A stretch of 64,000 nt of DNA from a virus, in IMG/VR virus record IMGVR_UViG_3300021142_000004, one strand, 5' to 3'. Below the pieces are notes generated by a model. It searched no databases and was not told the origin of the DNA. It saw nothing but the letters and a program-made list of their open reading frames with translations. The stretch's first letter is position 1, and every line of letters begins with the position of its first letter. A program made the position numbers and the translations under genes. Positions 1-10,409 of the stretch are shown here, one piece after another.

Positions 1-1
1 T

Positions 2-346
2 GAAAGTGGAAAGTCATTACATGTTATGAGAGATCATCCGGCACATGGTATACCATATGGTAATAATAAATTAGGAATATTAGGTGGTATGTGGGGTATT
101 AAATGTGATGTAATACCAATATCTGATATGGTATTAAACTTTGCAAAAAATAAAGATTTAGGTTATGGTTCTGATCAAACTTTTTTAAAAAGTGTATATT
201 CTATTTTTGAAAATGATAGGACAACACATGATGAATTTTTTGAAAGGAAACCATTTGCAATACCAAGAATTTCAGGTAGATTTATTGGAGAAAGAATTGA
301 TGAAAATGATAAACCAGTCGGTGAAGATTGGAGACAGGTAATATAA
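2..346 (+). CDS. Glycan-cluster protein (RDHPxH..GGMWG family), 5'-truncated by window edge
   Basis: Frame is open from position 2 (ESGKSLHVMRDHPAH...). RDHPxH, GGMWG and DQxFL motifs occur in putative glycosyltransferases. Confidence 0.5.
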   Translation, partial: ESGKSLHVMRDHPAHGIPYGNNKLGILGGMWGIKCDVIPISDMVLNFAKNKDLGYGSDQTFLKSVYSIFENDRTTHDEFFERKPFAIPRISGRFIGERIDENDKPVGEDWRQVI

Positions 347-348
347 TT

Positions 349-987
349 ATGAAGAAAATTTTATATGTAATTTTACATGGATCAATGAATCCCGATAGAT
401 ACTATAACGTAAAAGAAACATGGGGTAAAGACCTTGATTGTATGTTTTATTCTGACCATGAAGATAAAGAAAAGAATATTATTAAAGTATCTGACAGAAC
501 AGATTATCATTCAAATGAAGATAAGCACGTTAATGTTCTAAAATACCTTGGTGAAGATATAAAAAACTACGAATGGTTTTTTTTCTGTGATGATGATACG
601 TTTGTTAATACAAAAAAATTAGAAGGGTTATTAGATACTTTTGACAAAAATAAAGTTCATGGACAAATGTTGAAAACGGATAACTATATGGGTAATCCGT
701 TACCTCCACCAATTCTTGAATATTGTTCTGGTGGTGCTGGGTATTTAATCCATAATGAGATATTAAAAATCATTTCAAAAGAAATAAAATTTTTAAATAC
801 GGGATATAGTGATGTTACATTAGGGTTATTATTAAGAGATTTAAATATTTTAGTTTCTGATTCAGATTATTTTAGAAGTCAACCCCCATCATTATATGGA
901 TATAATGATGAAACAATAAAAAACCACGCAACATTTCATTACATTAAAACAAAAAATGAAATGTTAGAAATTTTAAATAACATTTAA
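349..987 (+). CDS. Fringe/core-1 galactosyltransferase-like glycosyltransferase (GT31-like)
   Basis: FFCDDDTFV, YCSGGAGY, SDVTLG and TFHY motifs. Likely start is ATG 349 (track start 328). Confidence 0.75.
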   Translation: MKKILYVILHGSMNPDRYYNVKETWGKDLDCMFYSDHEDKEKNIIKVSDRTDYHSNEDKHVNVLKYLGEDIKNYEWFFFCDDDTFVNTKKLEGLLDTFDKNKVHGQMLKTDNYMGNPLPPPILEYCSGGAGYLIHNEILKIISKEIKFLNTGYSDVTLGLLLRDLNILVSDSDYFRSQPPSLYGYNDETIKNHATFHYIKTKNEMLEILNNI

Positions 988-1676
988 TGAAATATATATA
1001 CCACCATTTAGGTTTAGGTGACCACATTATATGTAACGGATTAATAAGATCTTTAATAAATGAATCTGAAGAATATAAAATGTTTGTTAAATCACATAAT
1101 TTAGATACAGTTAAATTTATGTATAAAGACTTAACAAACTTATCATTTATTGTTGGTGATGATCAATTTGTTATTAAATATGTAAATGATAATAAAATAA
1201 ACACGAATAACATTATTATTGCGGGTTTCAAATATATAGAAAATACAAAAGAATTTGACGAAGGATTTTATATTCAAAATAATGTACCTTTCATGAATAG
1301 GTGGACAAATTTTAAATGTGAAAGGGACATTGAATCAGAAAAAAAACTGTTTAATTTGTATAACATAAAAGAAAATGAATATGTGTTTATTCATGATGAT
1401 GAGAGTAGAGGATTTTCAATTGATGAATCTTATATTGTAAATAAAAATCTTCCGGTAATAAGACCAAAAGTTGGATTAACAACAAACAGTTTTGATTATT
1501 GTTATTTGATGCAAAATAGTATTGAATCTCATTTTATTGATAGTTCATTTAGATTAATTTTTGACTCACTACAATTAAGGAATGATAATTTATTTTATCA
1601 TATAAATTTAAAAAACAACAAAATAAAAGACCCGTATAATAAATCACAATCAATTTTAAACTTTAAAATAATATGA
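987..1676 (+). CDS. Putative glycosyltransferase (GT-B/GT9-like)
   Basis: N-terminal HxGLGDHI and C-terminal HFIDSSF; operon context. Confidence 0.5.
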   Translation: MKYIYHHLGLGDHIICNGLIRSLINESEEYKMFVKSHNLDTVKFMYKDLTNLSFIVGDDQFVIKYVNDNKINTNNIIIAGFKYIENTKEFDEGFYIQNNVPFMNRWTNFKCERDIESEKKLFNLYNIKENEYVFIHDDESRGFSIDESYIVNKNLPVIRPKVGLTTNSFDYCYLMQNSIESHFIDSSFRLIFDSLQLRNDNLFYHINLKNNKIKDPYNKSQSILNFKII

Positions 1677-2263
1677 TACAAGGACAAATGTTACCTAATT
1701 CAGAAAGAGGTAATTCATTAAAAGAAATAATAGAAAAATATGGATGTAAAAATATTGTAGAAATTGGAACTTGGAAAGGACTTGGTTCTACAATATGTAT
1801 TATTAATTCATTATTAGAAGATTCTAATTTTATTAGTATAGAATCAAATAAAGATTTTTATAATATTGCAGTAAATAATTTAAAAGAACATTCATCAAAA
1901 GTCAGTCTTTTGTATGGTAAAATAGTAGAGGAGTCTGATATTAATGATTTTGTTTCTACATTAAATTTAGACCCAACTAAAAAGGGTTGGTTAAATGAGG
2001 ATTTAATAAACATATCAAGATGTGAGAATATTTTACATAAACTACCAGATAATATTGATTTTTTACTACTGGATGGTGGGGAATTTTCAACATATTCAGA
2101 ATGGAACATATTAAAAAAACGAACTAAAATTGTTGCATTAGATGATATTAGAGAAATAAAAACAAATAAAATATATAATGAATTAAAAATGGATGATGAA
2201 TATATTTTATTAACAGAAACTTCGGAAGGTAATGGGTTTGCAATTTTTAAAAAAATAAAATGA
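1673..2263 (+). CDS. Class I SAM-dependent methyltransferase
   Basis: VEIGTWKG motif I, LLDGGE, ALDD. Confidence 0.75.
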   Translation: MIQGQMLPNSERGNSLKEIIEKYGCKNIVEIGTWKGLGSTICIINSLLEDSNFISIESNKDFYNIAVNNLKEHSSKVSLLYGKIVEESDINDFVSTLNLDPTKKGWLNEDLINISRCENILHKLPDNIDFLLLDGGEFSTYSEWNILKKRTKIVALDDIREIKTNKIYNELKMDDEYILLTETSEGNGFAIFKKIK

Positions 2264-3033
2264 ACTATATTGAATTAAATAAATTTTCAGAATTACATGA
2301 TGGGAAAAATATATTTTTTTGTAAAATAGATTATATTCTTAATGATTTTAAAACAATATCAGAAATAAAAAATGATGTGGTTTTAATAACCGGAAATTCA
2401 GATTATGCAATAGATGGGAATCTTTTAAAAATGATGCCATCGAATATTAAAAAATGGTATGGTCAAAATGTATTAGCAAATGATCCAAGGATAGTACCAA
2501 TTCCTATGGGAATAGAAAATAAATTAGAATCATATAGGAAAGGTCATGGTATTGGATATTTTGATAGGGTTGATGAGAAAGAAAAATTACTAAACAGGTT
2601 AAATAATGTTACCCCAACCAAAAAAATATATGCCAATTTTAATCTTAACACAAATTATCAATATCGTTCAATAATAAAAAACATTTGTGTTAATGCGGAA
2701 CATATTACATGGGAAGAATCTAATTTAAGTCTTTCAAATTTTTTTGATAGGATATTAGATTATGAATGTATTGTTTGCCCTATTGGTAATGGTATTGATA
2801 CACATAGATTATGGGAAACATTATATTCCAAAAGAATACCAATAACAATCAAAGCAGGTGATTATGGAATTTATAAATTATATGAAAAATTTCCAATAAT
2901 AGTACTTAATAATGTCAATGATTTAATGGATTATGAATTGATATTAGAAAAAATTTTGAAAATTAAAAATACAAAATATGATGAAAATTTATTATCTTAT
3001 GATTATTGGTTAGACATTATAAAAACAACTTAA
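2260..3033 (+). CDS. Exostosin-like glycosyltransferase (GT47-like)
   Basis: CPIGNGIDTHRLWETLY..IPI motif. Confidence 0.6.
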   Translation: MNYIELNKFSELHDGKNIFFCKIDYILNDFKTISEIKNDVVLITGNSDYAIDGNLLKMMPSNIKKWYGQNVLANDPRIVPIPMGIENKLESYRKGHGIGYFDRVDEKEKLLNRLNNVTPTKKIYANFNLNTNYQYRSIIKNICVNAEHITWEESNLSLSNFFDRILDYECIVCPIGNGIDTHRLWETLYSKRIPITIKAGDYGIYKLYEKFPIIVLNNVNDLMDYELILEKILKIKNTKYDENLLSYDYWLDIIKTT

Positions 3034-3034
3034 T

Positions 3035-3925
3035 ATGAGAAAAATAATTAATAATAACTTAGATCTGTACAAACCAGATAAAAAAAATTGGTTAGGTTCA
3101 TTAGAATATGCAAAAAAAATGACTAATCAAACAAACGAAAAATTGATATTTCATTGTTTTTGGAGAGTTCCTAAAGATTTTGGAAGGAAACAATTAGCAG
3201 TGTTAAAATCAATTTTAGTTAATCATATTGATAACCAAGATAATTTAGAAATAAATTTATGGTCAAATGTTGATTTAACCAATAACACATATTTTAAAGA
3301 AATTTCAGATTTTGTTAATTTAAAATATTGGAATTTAAATGAAGAGATTAAAGGAACTATATTAGAAAACCATTTTAATAATGATGCAATTTTTGATGAT
3401 TTATGTTATTTGGAAGGAGATTTATTTAGATTATTAATTTTACACAAATATGGTGGATTTTATATTGATATGGATGTTTTGGTTTTAAGAAATATGTGTC
3501 CATTAAATCACTTAGAATTTTTATATCAATGGGGTACTTCTGGATTTTCAAATTTTGAACCGGAAATAACAATGAATGGCGCCATTATGAGATTTAATAA
3601 AAATTCACCATTATCTTTGGACTTTTTACAAAAATTAAAAATAACCCAACCATCAAAAAACACGACTTCATGGGGTAATCAATTATATTCAAAAATTAAT
3701 AGTGATGATTTAACAATATTACCAGGTATTTGGTTTAATCCAGAATGGGGGTTTGAAGGTACTGAAAATAATCCTTTTAAATTTAAAGAAAAAATTGAAT
3801 TGTTTGATGGTTCATATACGTGGCATTGGCATAATAGATGGAATGACGAAATAGAAAATGGTTCAAAATTTGAAATTTTAGAAACTGAAATAAATAAAAA
3901 GTTTAATTTTATAAAAAAAATATAA
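3035..3925 (+). CDS. DXD glycosyltransferase (GT32-like)
   Basis: DLFRLLILHKYGGFYIDMDV signature. Confidence 0.8.
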   Translation: MRKIINNNLDLYKPDKKNWLGSLEYAKKMTNQTNEKLIFHCFWRVPKDFGRKQLAVLKSILVNHIDNQDNLEINLWSNVDLTNNTYFKEISDFVNLKYWNLNEEIKGTILENHFNNDAIFDDLCYLEGDLFRLLILHKYGGFYIDMDVLVLRNMCPLNHLEFLYQWGTSGFSNFEPEITMNGAIMRFNKNSPLSLDFLQKLKITQPSKNTTSWGNQLYSKINSDDLTILPGIWFNPEWGFEGTENNPFKFKEKIELFDGSYTWHWHNRWNDEIENGSKFEILETEINKKFNFIKKI

Positions 3926-3926
3926 T

Positions 3927-4775
3927 ATGATAAAAAATATAACCGTTGGAGTTATTTCTAATTTAGATAACTCACCTGCATTATCTAGTTATTACTACGC
4001 ATGTTTAAATTTATTTAAAAACGTTAAAAATGTTAAAAGTGTTAACGATTTAGATAGTGTAGAAATATTATTGTGTGGTAATGATCATCATCATATAAAG
4101 ATTTGGAAAGATGATAATTTTATATCAGAATGTAACATCAGAAATATACCTTTTTTTGTACATACTGTGGAACATATTGATACACCTTTATATCCTTGGA
4201 ATTTAGATATACAAAAAAAATTAGAAAATTTTAATGTACTAAATCAAAGATGTTGGGATATTGGAGATTGTAAAAAACAAAAAAGAAATATTGCAAGAGT
4301 TTTATTGTCTAAAAACTATTATGATTTTAGAAAACCAAATGTTAAAAAAAACAAAATAGTTTTTATTGGTAAAATGTATAAAAATAGATCAGAACTGATA
4401 AATAAATTAAAAAATCATATTGATATTGATATAATTGAAAGGGGTTCATTACCTAATGATTCATATTTTGAATTTATTTCAAAATTGGCTGAATATAAAT
4501 ATGTTTTATCACCTAAATCTCAATTTGTTAATGGGATACCAGGTAGATTTTATGAAAGTCTATGGGTCGATTCTATTCCAATACAAGAAATTAATGATGA
4601 CACATTAGATCATTATAATATTGAAAGAGACATAAATGGTGTTATTTTTTTTAAAACAGTAGAAGAATTATTATTAAAATTAGAAAATAATAACAATGGT
4701 CAATCTTATGATTTTCCAAAAATGTTTTTAGAAAATGAATTAATTGATTTTTTTAAAGAATTTAATGTAATATAA
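3927..4775 (+). CDS. Putative GT-B glycosyltransferase
   Basis: VFIG..R and YKYVLSP...RFYESL C-terminal motifs; context. Confidence 0.5.
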   Translation: MIKNITVGVISNLDNSPALSSYYYACLNLFKNVKNVKSVNDLDSVEILLCGNDHHHIKIWKDDNFISECNIRNIPFFVHTVEHIDTPLYPWNLDIQKKLENFNVLNQRCWDIGDCKKQKRNIARVLLSKNYYDFRKPNVKKNKIVFIGKMYKNRSELINKLKNHIDIDIIERGSLPNDSYFEFISKLAEYKYVLSPKSQFVNGIPGRFYESLWVDSIPIQEINDDTLDHYNIERDINGVIFFKTVEELLLKLENNNNGQSYDFPKMFLENELIDFFKEFNVI

Positions 4776-4785
4776 AATAAAAAAT

Positions 4786-5439
4786 ATGATAGTAGTACAA
4801 ATTGGAACAAATATGGCTTCATGGGAAGTCTACGATAATGGATCTGCTGGTCCAGTTAAAAAAGATAATGGTAACATTCATTGTGATTCTTGTCTAAAAT
4901 TTGTTAAAGAAAATAAAGACGAAATTGAATTTATTCACCTAATCGAACCAGTTAAAGATTGTTTTCCTTATATTGAGAAATCTTATGATTTTTTTGAAAG
5001 AAAAACAATTTATAACATCGCAATAACAAATGATAAAGATCAAAAAGAGTTGAAAATTTATTTACCTAATAATGATAAAACATCAGGTCATGTGTCTTCA
5101 AATCCAAACCATCTATCTGTGCATGGTCATACCGACTTGGAAGTTAGAGATGTTAATTGTTTCACATTAAATGATTTTTTAACATTAAATTCGATTAATA
5201 GATGTGATAGATTATATATTGATACTGAAGGATTAGATTGTTTAATTTTATTAGATTATGATTACAATAAATTTAAAACAAATTACATCGAATTTGAAAT
5301 TATTCATTCTGATGGTCCTTATAATAAATCCACAAATGCGGAAAAATGTATTAATAGATTAATAAATGATGGTTTTACAATAACAAATAGTACAGAAGAT
5401 AATTTAAACTTAATTGCAAAAAGATATAAATATGAATAA
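4786..5439 (+). CDS. FkbM-family methyltransferase
   Basis: VQIG, LIEP and LYIDTEGLD motifs. Confidence 0.75.
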   Translation: MIVVQIGTNMASWEVYDNGSAGPVKKDNGNIHCDSCLKFVKENKDEIEFIHLIEPVKDCFPYIEKSYDFFERKTIYNIAITNDKDQKELKIYLPNNDKTSGHVSSNPNHLSVHGHTDLEVRDVNCFTLNDFLTLNSINRCDRLYIDTEGLDCLILLDYDYNKFKTNYIEFEIIHSDGPYNKSTNAEKCINRLINDGFTITNSTEDNLNLIAKRYKYE

Positions 5440-6364
5440 ATTTATAGTTACAACAACAATAAATAACCCAACAATTGCAACATTAAAATTTTGTGAAATT
5501 GCAGATAAAAAAAATTGGCAATTTGTTATTATTGGTGATACAAAAACGCCACATCAAGAATATCGTTTATTAGAGAAAAATTTTAAAAATGTAAAATATT
5601 TAGACCCACAACAACAAGGAGAGTTATATACTGAATTAAGTGAAATAATTGGTTGGAAAACAATACAACGAAGAAATATTGGGTTTTTATATGCATATGA
5701 TAATGGCGCAGATGTTATGGCTACAGTTGATGATGATAATATACCATACGAAAATTGGGGGATTAATTATATTGGTCAAACAATTGAAGTTGATATGTAT
5801 GAACCTGAGTTAGATATTTTTGATCCATTATCAATAACAAAAGATAATTACATTTGGCATCGTGGTTATCCTATTGAATATTTACATGGTAGACATCGTG
5901 TAATTTATAAGGGTAAAATTAACAGAAAAGTTTTAATACAAGCAGATTTGTGGGATGGAGATCCTGACATTGATGCTATGGCTAGATTGATACATAAACC
6001 AATTGTAAAATATAGTGATATTATAAATCCATATTGTTCAAATAAAATTTCTCCATTTAATTCTCAAAACACATTTTTATCAAGAGAAGTTATTCCATAT
6101 TATGCGGTGTTACCGTTTATAGGTAGAATGGATGATATTTGGGGTGCATATATTTTACAAGAAAGATTTCCAAATTCATTAATATTTTCACCAGCTAGTG
6201 TTTATCAAGAAAGAAATGTACAAGATTTAATTGTTAATTTAGAAAAAGAAATAATTGGTTATCGAGATACTTTACAATTAACGAAAAATTTATTAAATTT
6301 AGACAGGGTTTTACCAAAAGAAACGTTAGATTTCTATAATTTATATAAAAAAAGTTTTAAATGA
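5432..6364 (+). CDS. STELLO/DUF288 (GT75/RGP-like) glycosyltransferase
   Basis: IVTTTIN, GDxKTP, RRNIGFLYA, DDDN, DPDIDA, PFNSQNT and RMDDIW motifs. Confidence 0.75.
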   Translation: MNKFIVTTTINNPTIATLKFCEIADKKNWQFVIIGDTKTPHQEYRLLEKNFKNVKYLDPQQQGELYTELSEIIGWKTIQRRNIGFLYAYDNGADVMATVDDDNIPYENWGINYIGQTIEVDMYEPELDIFDPLSITKDNYIWHRGYPIEYLHGRHRVIYKGKINRKVLIQADLWDGDPDIDAMARLIHKPIVKYSDIINPYCSNKISPFNSQNTFLSREVIPYYAVLPFIGRMDDIWGAYILQERFPNSLIFSPASVYQERNVQDLIVNLEKEIIGYRDTLQLTKNLLNLDRVLPKETLDFYNLYKKSFK

Positions 6365-7392
6365 AAAAAATATTAATATTAGGTGGTGGTGGTTTTATTG
6401 GTGGTCATCTAGGTAAAAGATTAAAATCCGAAGGTAATTATGTTAGGATTGTTGACATAAAAAAACATGAATATTTTGAACAAAATGAAATATGTGATGA
6501 ATTTATTATTGGTGATTTAAGAAATGAAAATCTTGTTTCAGAAATTATGTGTCCTCCTTCACAATTAACAATAGACGATTCATTTGATGAAGTATACCAA
6601 TTAGCTGCAGATATGGGTGGTGCTGGATATATTTTTACTGGTGAAAATGATGCGAACGTAATGCACAACTCGGCAATGATTAACTTAAATGTTAGTTATT
6701 ATGCATCAAAATTTAAAGTTAAAAAACTTTTTTATAGTTCATCTGCATGTATGTATCCTGAACATAACCAATTAGACCCAAATAATCCAAATTGTGAAGA
6801 AAGTTCGGCATACCCAGCAAATCCAGATTCAGAATATGGATGGGAAAAATTATTTAGTGAAAGACTTTTTATGGCATTTAATCGTAATTATGGTTTAGAT
6901 GTTAGAATCGCTCGTTTTCATAATATATTTGGTCCACAAGGAACATGGAAGGGTGGGAAAGAAAAATCACCCGCAGCAATGTGTCGTAAATCGGGAGAAT
7001 TAAATGATGGTGATGAACTTGAAGTATGGGGAGATGGTCAACAAACGCGTTCTTTTTTATATGTTGATGAATGTATTGAAGCCATTTTAAGATTGATGAA
7101 TAGTGATTTTAAAGGTCCTGTAAATATTGGTTCAGAAGAAATGGTGACAATAAACCACCTTGCACAAATAGCAATAAATTCATCCAAAAAAGACATAAAA
7201 ATTAAAAATATTGATGGTGATGAATTTAAAAAAAAATATGGATTTAAATGTCCAACAGGTGTTAGGGGTAGAAATTCAGATAATAATCTTTATAGAGAAA
7301 AGATTGGGTGGGAACCAACTCAATCATTAAAACTAGGAATGGAAAAAACATATAATTGGATACAAGAACAAATTAAAAATAATATCATATAA
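6361..7392 (+). CDS. GDP-mannose 3,5-epimerase-like NAD-dependent epimerase
   Basis: GGGGFIG, LAADMGGAG, SSSACMYP, YGWEK, GGKEKSPAAMCRK and GVRGRNSDN are the characteristic GME motifs. Confidence 0.9.
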   Translation: MKKILILGGGGFIGGHLGKRLKSEGNYVRIVDIKKHEYFEQNEICDEFIIGDLRNENLVSEIMCPPSQLTIDDSFDEVYQLAADMGGAGYIFTGENDANVMHNSAMINLNVSYYASKFKVKKLFYSSSACMYPEHNQLDPNNPNCEESSAYPANPDSEYGWEKLFSERLFMAFNRNYGLDVRIARFHNIFGPQGTWKGGKEKSPAAMCRKSGELNDGDELEVWGDGQQTRSFLYVDECIEAILRLMNSDFKGPVNIGSEEMVTINHLAQIAINSSKKDIKIKNIDGDEFKKKYGFKCPTGVRGRNSDNNLYREKIGWEPTQSLKLGMEKTYNWIQEQIKNNII

Positions 7393-8579
7393 TGGAAAAT
7401 CAAAAAATACCTTTATTTAAAGTTTATATGTCACCAACAGCGGGTGAGGAAGTTGTTAAAGTATTAAATAGTGGTTTTATAGGTCAAGGACCAAAAGTAG
7501 AAGAGTTTGAACATCTGCTTAAAAAATATTTTAATCATGATTATGTATTGTCTTTAAATTCAGGAACATCTGGACTTCATTTAGCACTACATTTATTAAA
7601 AAACCCATCAAATAATATAAAACAATATGAAGGTGTTATTTTTAATGAAAATTATTGGCCAGGTCTTCAGGATGGTGATGAGGTTTTAACTACCGCACTA
7701 ACATGTACCGCTTCAAATTGGCCTATTTTAGCAAATGGATTAAAAATTAAATGGGTAGATATTGATCCAACAACTTTAAATGTTGATCTTGATGATTTAG
7801 AAAGAAAAATCACATCAAAAACAAAAGTTATAATGTTAGTTCATTGGGGTGGTTATCCGAATGACTTAGATAAAATTAAAAATATACAGGATAGAGCATT
7901 TAAAACATTTGGTTTTAAACCGGCAATAATTGAAGATGGTGCACATTCTTTTGGTTCTAATTATAAAAATAAACCAATAGGTTCACATGGTAATATTACA
8001 ATGTATTCATTACAAGCTATTAAACATATGACTTCTATTGATGGTGGGTTATTACTATTACCTCATAATGAATTGTACAAAAGAGGTAAACTTTCAAGAT
8101 GGTATGGTATTGATAGGGATAGTGATAGAAAAGATTTTAGATGTGAATCAAATATAGATGAATGGGGGTTTAAATTCCATATGAATGATGTGTGTGCGAC
8201 AGTTGGTATTGAAAATTTAAAAGATATTAATAAAATAGTTTCTAAACATAAAAATAACGCCAATTATTATGATAATAATTTAAAAAATGTACAAGGTGTT
8301 AAATTATTGGATAGACACGAAGGACATGACTCTTCATTTTGGATTTATAGTATGTTAGTCGATAATAGAGATGGTTTTTATAAATGGATGGATGAATGTA
8401 AAATAGCAGTTTCTCAAGTACATGAAAGAAATGATAAACATACTTGTGTGAATGAATTTAAAACATTCTTACCAACATTAGACAAAACAATTGGTAAAAT
8501 AGTTTCAATTCCAGTTGGGTGGTGGGTTAGTGATGAACAAAGAGAATATATTGTTGATTGTATTAAAAAAGGATGGTAA
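7392..8579 (+). CDS. DegT/DnrJ/EryC1/StrS PLP-dependent sugar aminotransferase
   Basis: NSGTSGLHLAL, IIEDGAHSFG, SLQAIKHMTSIDGG (catalytic Lys). Confidence 0.92.
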   Translation: MENQKIPLFKVYMSPTAGEEVVKVLNSGFIGQGPKVEEFEHLLKKYFNHDYVLSLNSGTSGLHLALHLLKNPSNNIKQYEGVIFNENYWPGLQDGDEVLTTALTCTASNWPILANGLKIKWVDIDPTTLNVDLDDLERKITSKTKVIMLVHWGGYPNDLDKIKNIQDRAFKTFGFKPAIIEDGAHSFGSNYKNKPIGSHGNITMYSLQAIKHMTSIDGGLLLLPHNELYKRGKLSRWYGIDRDSDRKDFRCESNIDEWGFKFHMNDVCATVGIENLKDINKIVSKHKNNANYYDNNLKNVQGVKLLDRHEGHDSSFWIYSMLVDNRDGFYKWMDECKIAVSQVHERNDKHTCVNEFKTFLPTLDKTIGKIVSIPVGWWVSDEQREYIVDCIKKGW

Positions 8580-9061
8580 TGTTAGAATTTAAAAAAATAT
8601 CTAGAGAAGATATTAAAAAACTTAACGAAATTAGGAATTTATGTGTTGATTATTTACACAATTCAACAAAATTCTCTTTAGAAGAGTCATATAAGTGGTT
8701 TGACAAAGAAACACCCAACTATTATTCTATTTTTTTAAATAATGAAATGATTGGTTACTTTAGAATTAGTAATTATTCTATTAGTAATAAGAATTTATAT
8801 TTAGGTGCGGATTTACATCCAAATTTTTGGAATAAAGGAATAGGGTTTAAATGTTATCAAAAAATGATACCATATTTATTTAATGAATACAATTTAAATA
8901 AAATAACTTTGGAAGTTCTTTCAACAAATGAAAGAGCAATAAAACTTTATCAAAAATTAGGGTTTAAGGTAGATGGTATTAAACGAGAAGAAGTAATGAA
9001 AAAAAACATATACATTGATTCTATAATAATGTCAATTTTAAAAAAAGAAATGAAATTATGA
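8573..9061 (+). CDS. GNAT N-acetyltransferase (PseH/RimJ-like)
   Basis: FWNKGIG and NERAIKLYQKLGF motifs; follows the aminotransferase. Confidence 0.85.
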   Translation: MVMLEFKKISREDIKKLNEIRNLCVDYLHNSTKFSLEESYKWFDKETPNYYSIFLNNEMIGYFRISNYSISNKNLYLGADLHPNFWNKGIGFKCYQKMIPYLFNEYNLNKITLEVLSTNERAIKLYQKLGFKVDGIKREEVMKKNIYIDSIIMSILKKEMKL

Positions 9062-9849
9062 TTATAACAAAACCTTATGGTGGAATATCAAATAGATTAA
9101 AATGTTTATTATCTTCGTTAAGTATTGATGAAGATATAAAAATTGTTTGGGATCATTCTCTTTATGATGGTGGTGTTTGGTGTAAATTCTCAGATTTATT
9201 TGAAAATAATTACGAAGAATTTTTTACAATGGACGAATGTTCTTTAATTTATCCAAACTTATCATTTTATACGGAATGTAGGTTTTTTGGTGAAAATAAT
9301 TGTAATCATTTAGATTTGATTCATGGTAACAACTGGGGAGATAAAATTCCTGATAATATTAAAAATAATTATAAAAGTTTAATTAATGGATTAATACCCG
9401 TCAAATATGTTAGAGATAAAATTAATGAGTACTCAAAATTATTTGATGAACATACAATATCAGTTAGTGTTCGTACTTGGAATGATAGAGAAGTTACTAA
9501 ACAAAAAAAGGGTATATATTTTGAAATTGAATCTTTATTCAATTATTTAAACTCATATGAAAATAAAAAATTTTTTTTAACATGCGATGATCAAGAAACA
9601 TTTAATAAAATAATTGATAAGTATAGTGAAAAAATTATATATACCACAAAAAGAACAAAATTTGGTGATTTTTCAACTGCAGAAGGATTACAAGATGCTC
9701 TTATTGATTTATATTTAGGTGGAAAAAATAAAACTATCTTATCGTCATATGGAAGTAGTTTTTGTGAATTACAATGGTGGTTTGGTGGGTGTCAATCTGA
9801 CATTATAATGATGGATTTACATCCTAAATATGGTATAGGTATTCCATAA
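9058..9849 (+). CDS. Fucosyltransferase-like protein (GT23/NodZ/O-FucT-like)
   Basis: GGISNRL, SVSVRTW, FFLTCDD and DL..GSSF motifs. Confidence 0.55.
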   Translation: MIITKPYGGISNRLKCLLSSLSIDEDIKIVWDHSLYDGGVWCKFSDLFENNYEEFFTMDECSLIYPNLSFYTECRFFGENNCNHLDLIHGNNWGDKIPDNIKNNYKSLINGLIPVKYVRDKINEYSKLFDEHTISVSVRTWNDREVTKQKKGIYFEIESLFNYLNSYENKKFFLTCDDQETFNKIIDKYSEKIIYTTKRTKFGDFSTAEGLQDALIDLYLGGKNKTILSSYGSSFCELQWWFGGCQSDIIMMDLHPKYGIGIP

Positions 9850-9853
9850 AATA

Positions 9854-9881
9854 AAAAAGGGACTTTAATTAGTCCCTTTTT
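9854..9881. terminator. Bidirectional intrinsic terminator
   Basis: AAAAAGGGACT-TTAATT-AGTCCCTTTTT between convergent genes. Confidence 0.8.
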
Positions 9882-10356
9882 CTATTAGTTTAAATATTAC
9901 CTTATAATTATCAGTTGTCACAATATTATCGAATTCCTCCAATTTAAACGGTCTATATTCAAGTTCTTTTTCCTGTCCAAATAACTCATTTAACTCATTT
10001 TGATAACCAATAAACGAAGGATTAACCACTTTTAATGGTACTTGAACACCATCCTGTTCGATCATCTCTATTTCATTCTTTTCATTTAGTTTATCAACAG
10101 TAAATGGTATTGAATAATTACCATTTTCATCTACAGTTGCATATTTTATTACCAAACCATCTTTTAATTTATCAATAGAAGTCTTTTCAACTGTTACTTT
10201 ATTCAATAAATCATCTAACCAATATTTTGTGGTTAACTTTATTTTTTCATTCAATAAACCAGTTATTAAAACTTCATTAGTTTCCTGATTTTTAGAACCA
10301 TTAATCTCCGCTTCCAATGAATAATATTCACCTAATTTTAATACTATTTTCTCCAT
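9865..10356 (-). CDS. Hypothetical phage protein (tail-fibre associated)
   Basis: 163-aa ORF directly downstream of a fibre gene. Confidence 0.5.
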   Translation of the reverse strand: MEKIVLKLGEYYSLEAEINGSKNQETNEVLITGLLNEKIKLTTKYWLDDLLNKVTVEKTSIDKLKDGLVIKYATVDENGNYSIPFTVDKLNEKNEIEMIEQDGVQVPLKVVNPSFIGYQNELNELFGQEKELEYRPFKLEEFDNIVTTDNYKVIFKLIEKGTN

Positions 10357-10409
10357 ATTTCTTATTTTTATTAAATATAATTAATTATATGTTATTTGTA
10401 AAGTTATAT

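Noticed and set aside
1-9849. Eukaryotic giant virus or bacterial chromosome origin
   Set aside because: Sigma-70, ClpP, Bacteroidota promoters, coupled operons, an S74 tail fibre and tube/baseplate-like genes point to a bacteriophage.
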